Under the pieces are notes generated by a model. The model worked only from the letters and a program-made list of their open reading frames with translations, was not told the DNA's origin and made no database searches. Both the position numbers and the translations under genes were made by a program. Shown here piece by piece: positions 24,932 to 25,490 of a stretch of DNA of 25,490 bases. Position 1 is the stretch's first letter. Every line of letters starts with the position of its first letter. The stretch covers positions 1-25,490 of the IMG/VR virus record IMGVR_UViG_3300004807_000113, one strand, 5' to 3'. This stretch comes from a virus. Its lineage: Duplodnaviria > Caudoviricetes.

Positions 24932-25375
24932 CTACTGAATGAGATTTCGGATAACGAACGAGGCTTCCCAGTCAGCCGCCGATGCACTGTGAACTCCGGC
25001 GTGGCCCCGATGATGGCGAGCGCAATAGACGATGCAGTTCGCTGCGCTCTCAACCCATGCGCCGAGGTGGTCGGGATCGGAGATGCCCGGATACCGCTTC
25101 TCGAACAGGGCGAGGTCAATGGAGTTGAGCAGGGCGAACTCGACGTGGGCGTGATGGATTTCCAAAGGGTGCGCCAAGTCGCACTCAGTAAAATCCCCCT
25201 TCTCTACGCCGTAGGCGCAACGCCACTTCTCGGGGTCTTTTTTCCATTCTCGCTGCAAGTGATGAAAGTCGATGTAGTGCGGATCGTCCTCCCGTGCGGA
25301 GTGCTCGGGATAGACGACGAGATAGGAATGGGTGAACTTTTGGACATGGGCGGCTACGGCTTCGTCGTCACTCAT
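24932..25375 (-). CDS. Cys/His-rich protein, possible HNH-like fold
   Basis: C..C....LEIHH...N....C..HH....GVH pattern. Confidence 0.65.
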   Translation of the reverse strand: MSDDEAVAAHVQKFTHSYLVVYPEHSAREDDPHYIDFHHLQREWKKDPEKWRCAYGVEKGDFTECDLAHPLEIHHAHVEFALLNSIDLALFEKRYPGISDPDHLGAWVESAANCIVYCARHHRGHAGVHSASAADWEASFVIRNLIQ

Positions 25376-25490
25376 CGCCGATCTCCGCAGGATTTTCCTT
25401 CATCCTGTCGATGTGGCGTTCCAAACGAGCCGTGGTCTGGCGCAGGTCGAACTTGACCTCACGGACAAGTGCCATGATGCGGCTGTTCTC
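25368..25490 (-). CDS. Partial CDS (C-terminus, truncated by window edge)
   Basis: Open frame ..ENSRIMALVREVKFDLRQTTARLERHIDRMKENPAEIGDE* overlapping the next start. Confidence 0.5.
   Translation of the reverse strand, partial: ENSRIMALVREVKFDLRQTTARLERHIDRMKENPAEIGDE

Overview
This is a phage genome segment, most likely from an actinobacterial host (it carries WhiB, an actinobacterial-type SSB and an Rpf-like lysozyme). Almost all genes lie on the minus strand. In transcription order (right to left): small accessory genes, ssb, whiB, a Mu gp29/DUF935-type portal interrupted by an Ala1 class 3 LAGLIDADG intein, and an XkdF-like prohead protease. Where scaffold and major capsid genes would usually follow, there is a ~14.6 kb run of modular proteins. 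The main signal is a peptide tag, [VILF]-x-K-GGPGSG(R/P), present 20 times in 9 ORFs. It sits at domain boundaries and is encoded by synonymously diverged codons. It separates ADP-ribosyltransferase, GNAT-like and kinase-like domains, His/Ala helical modules and other small domains. A second tag (K..FHGNQYK), a shared N-terminal leader (EI-x-x-W) and a shared promoter-like motif (TA[G/A]CATTT) accompany it. My inference is a protease-processed, tag-addressed polyprotein cargo system for the phage head. All family calls come from motif recognition by eye; no searches were run.
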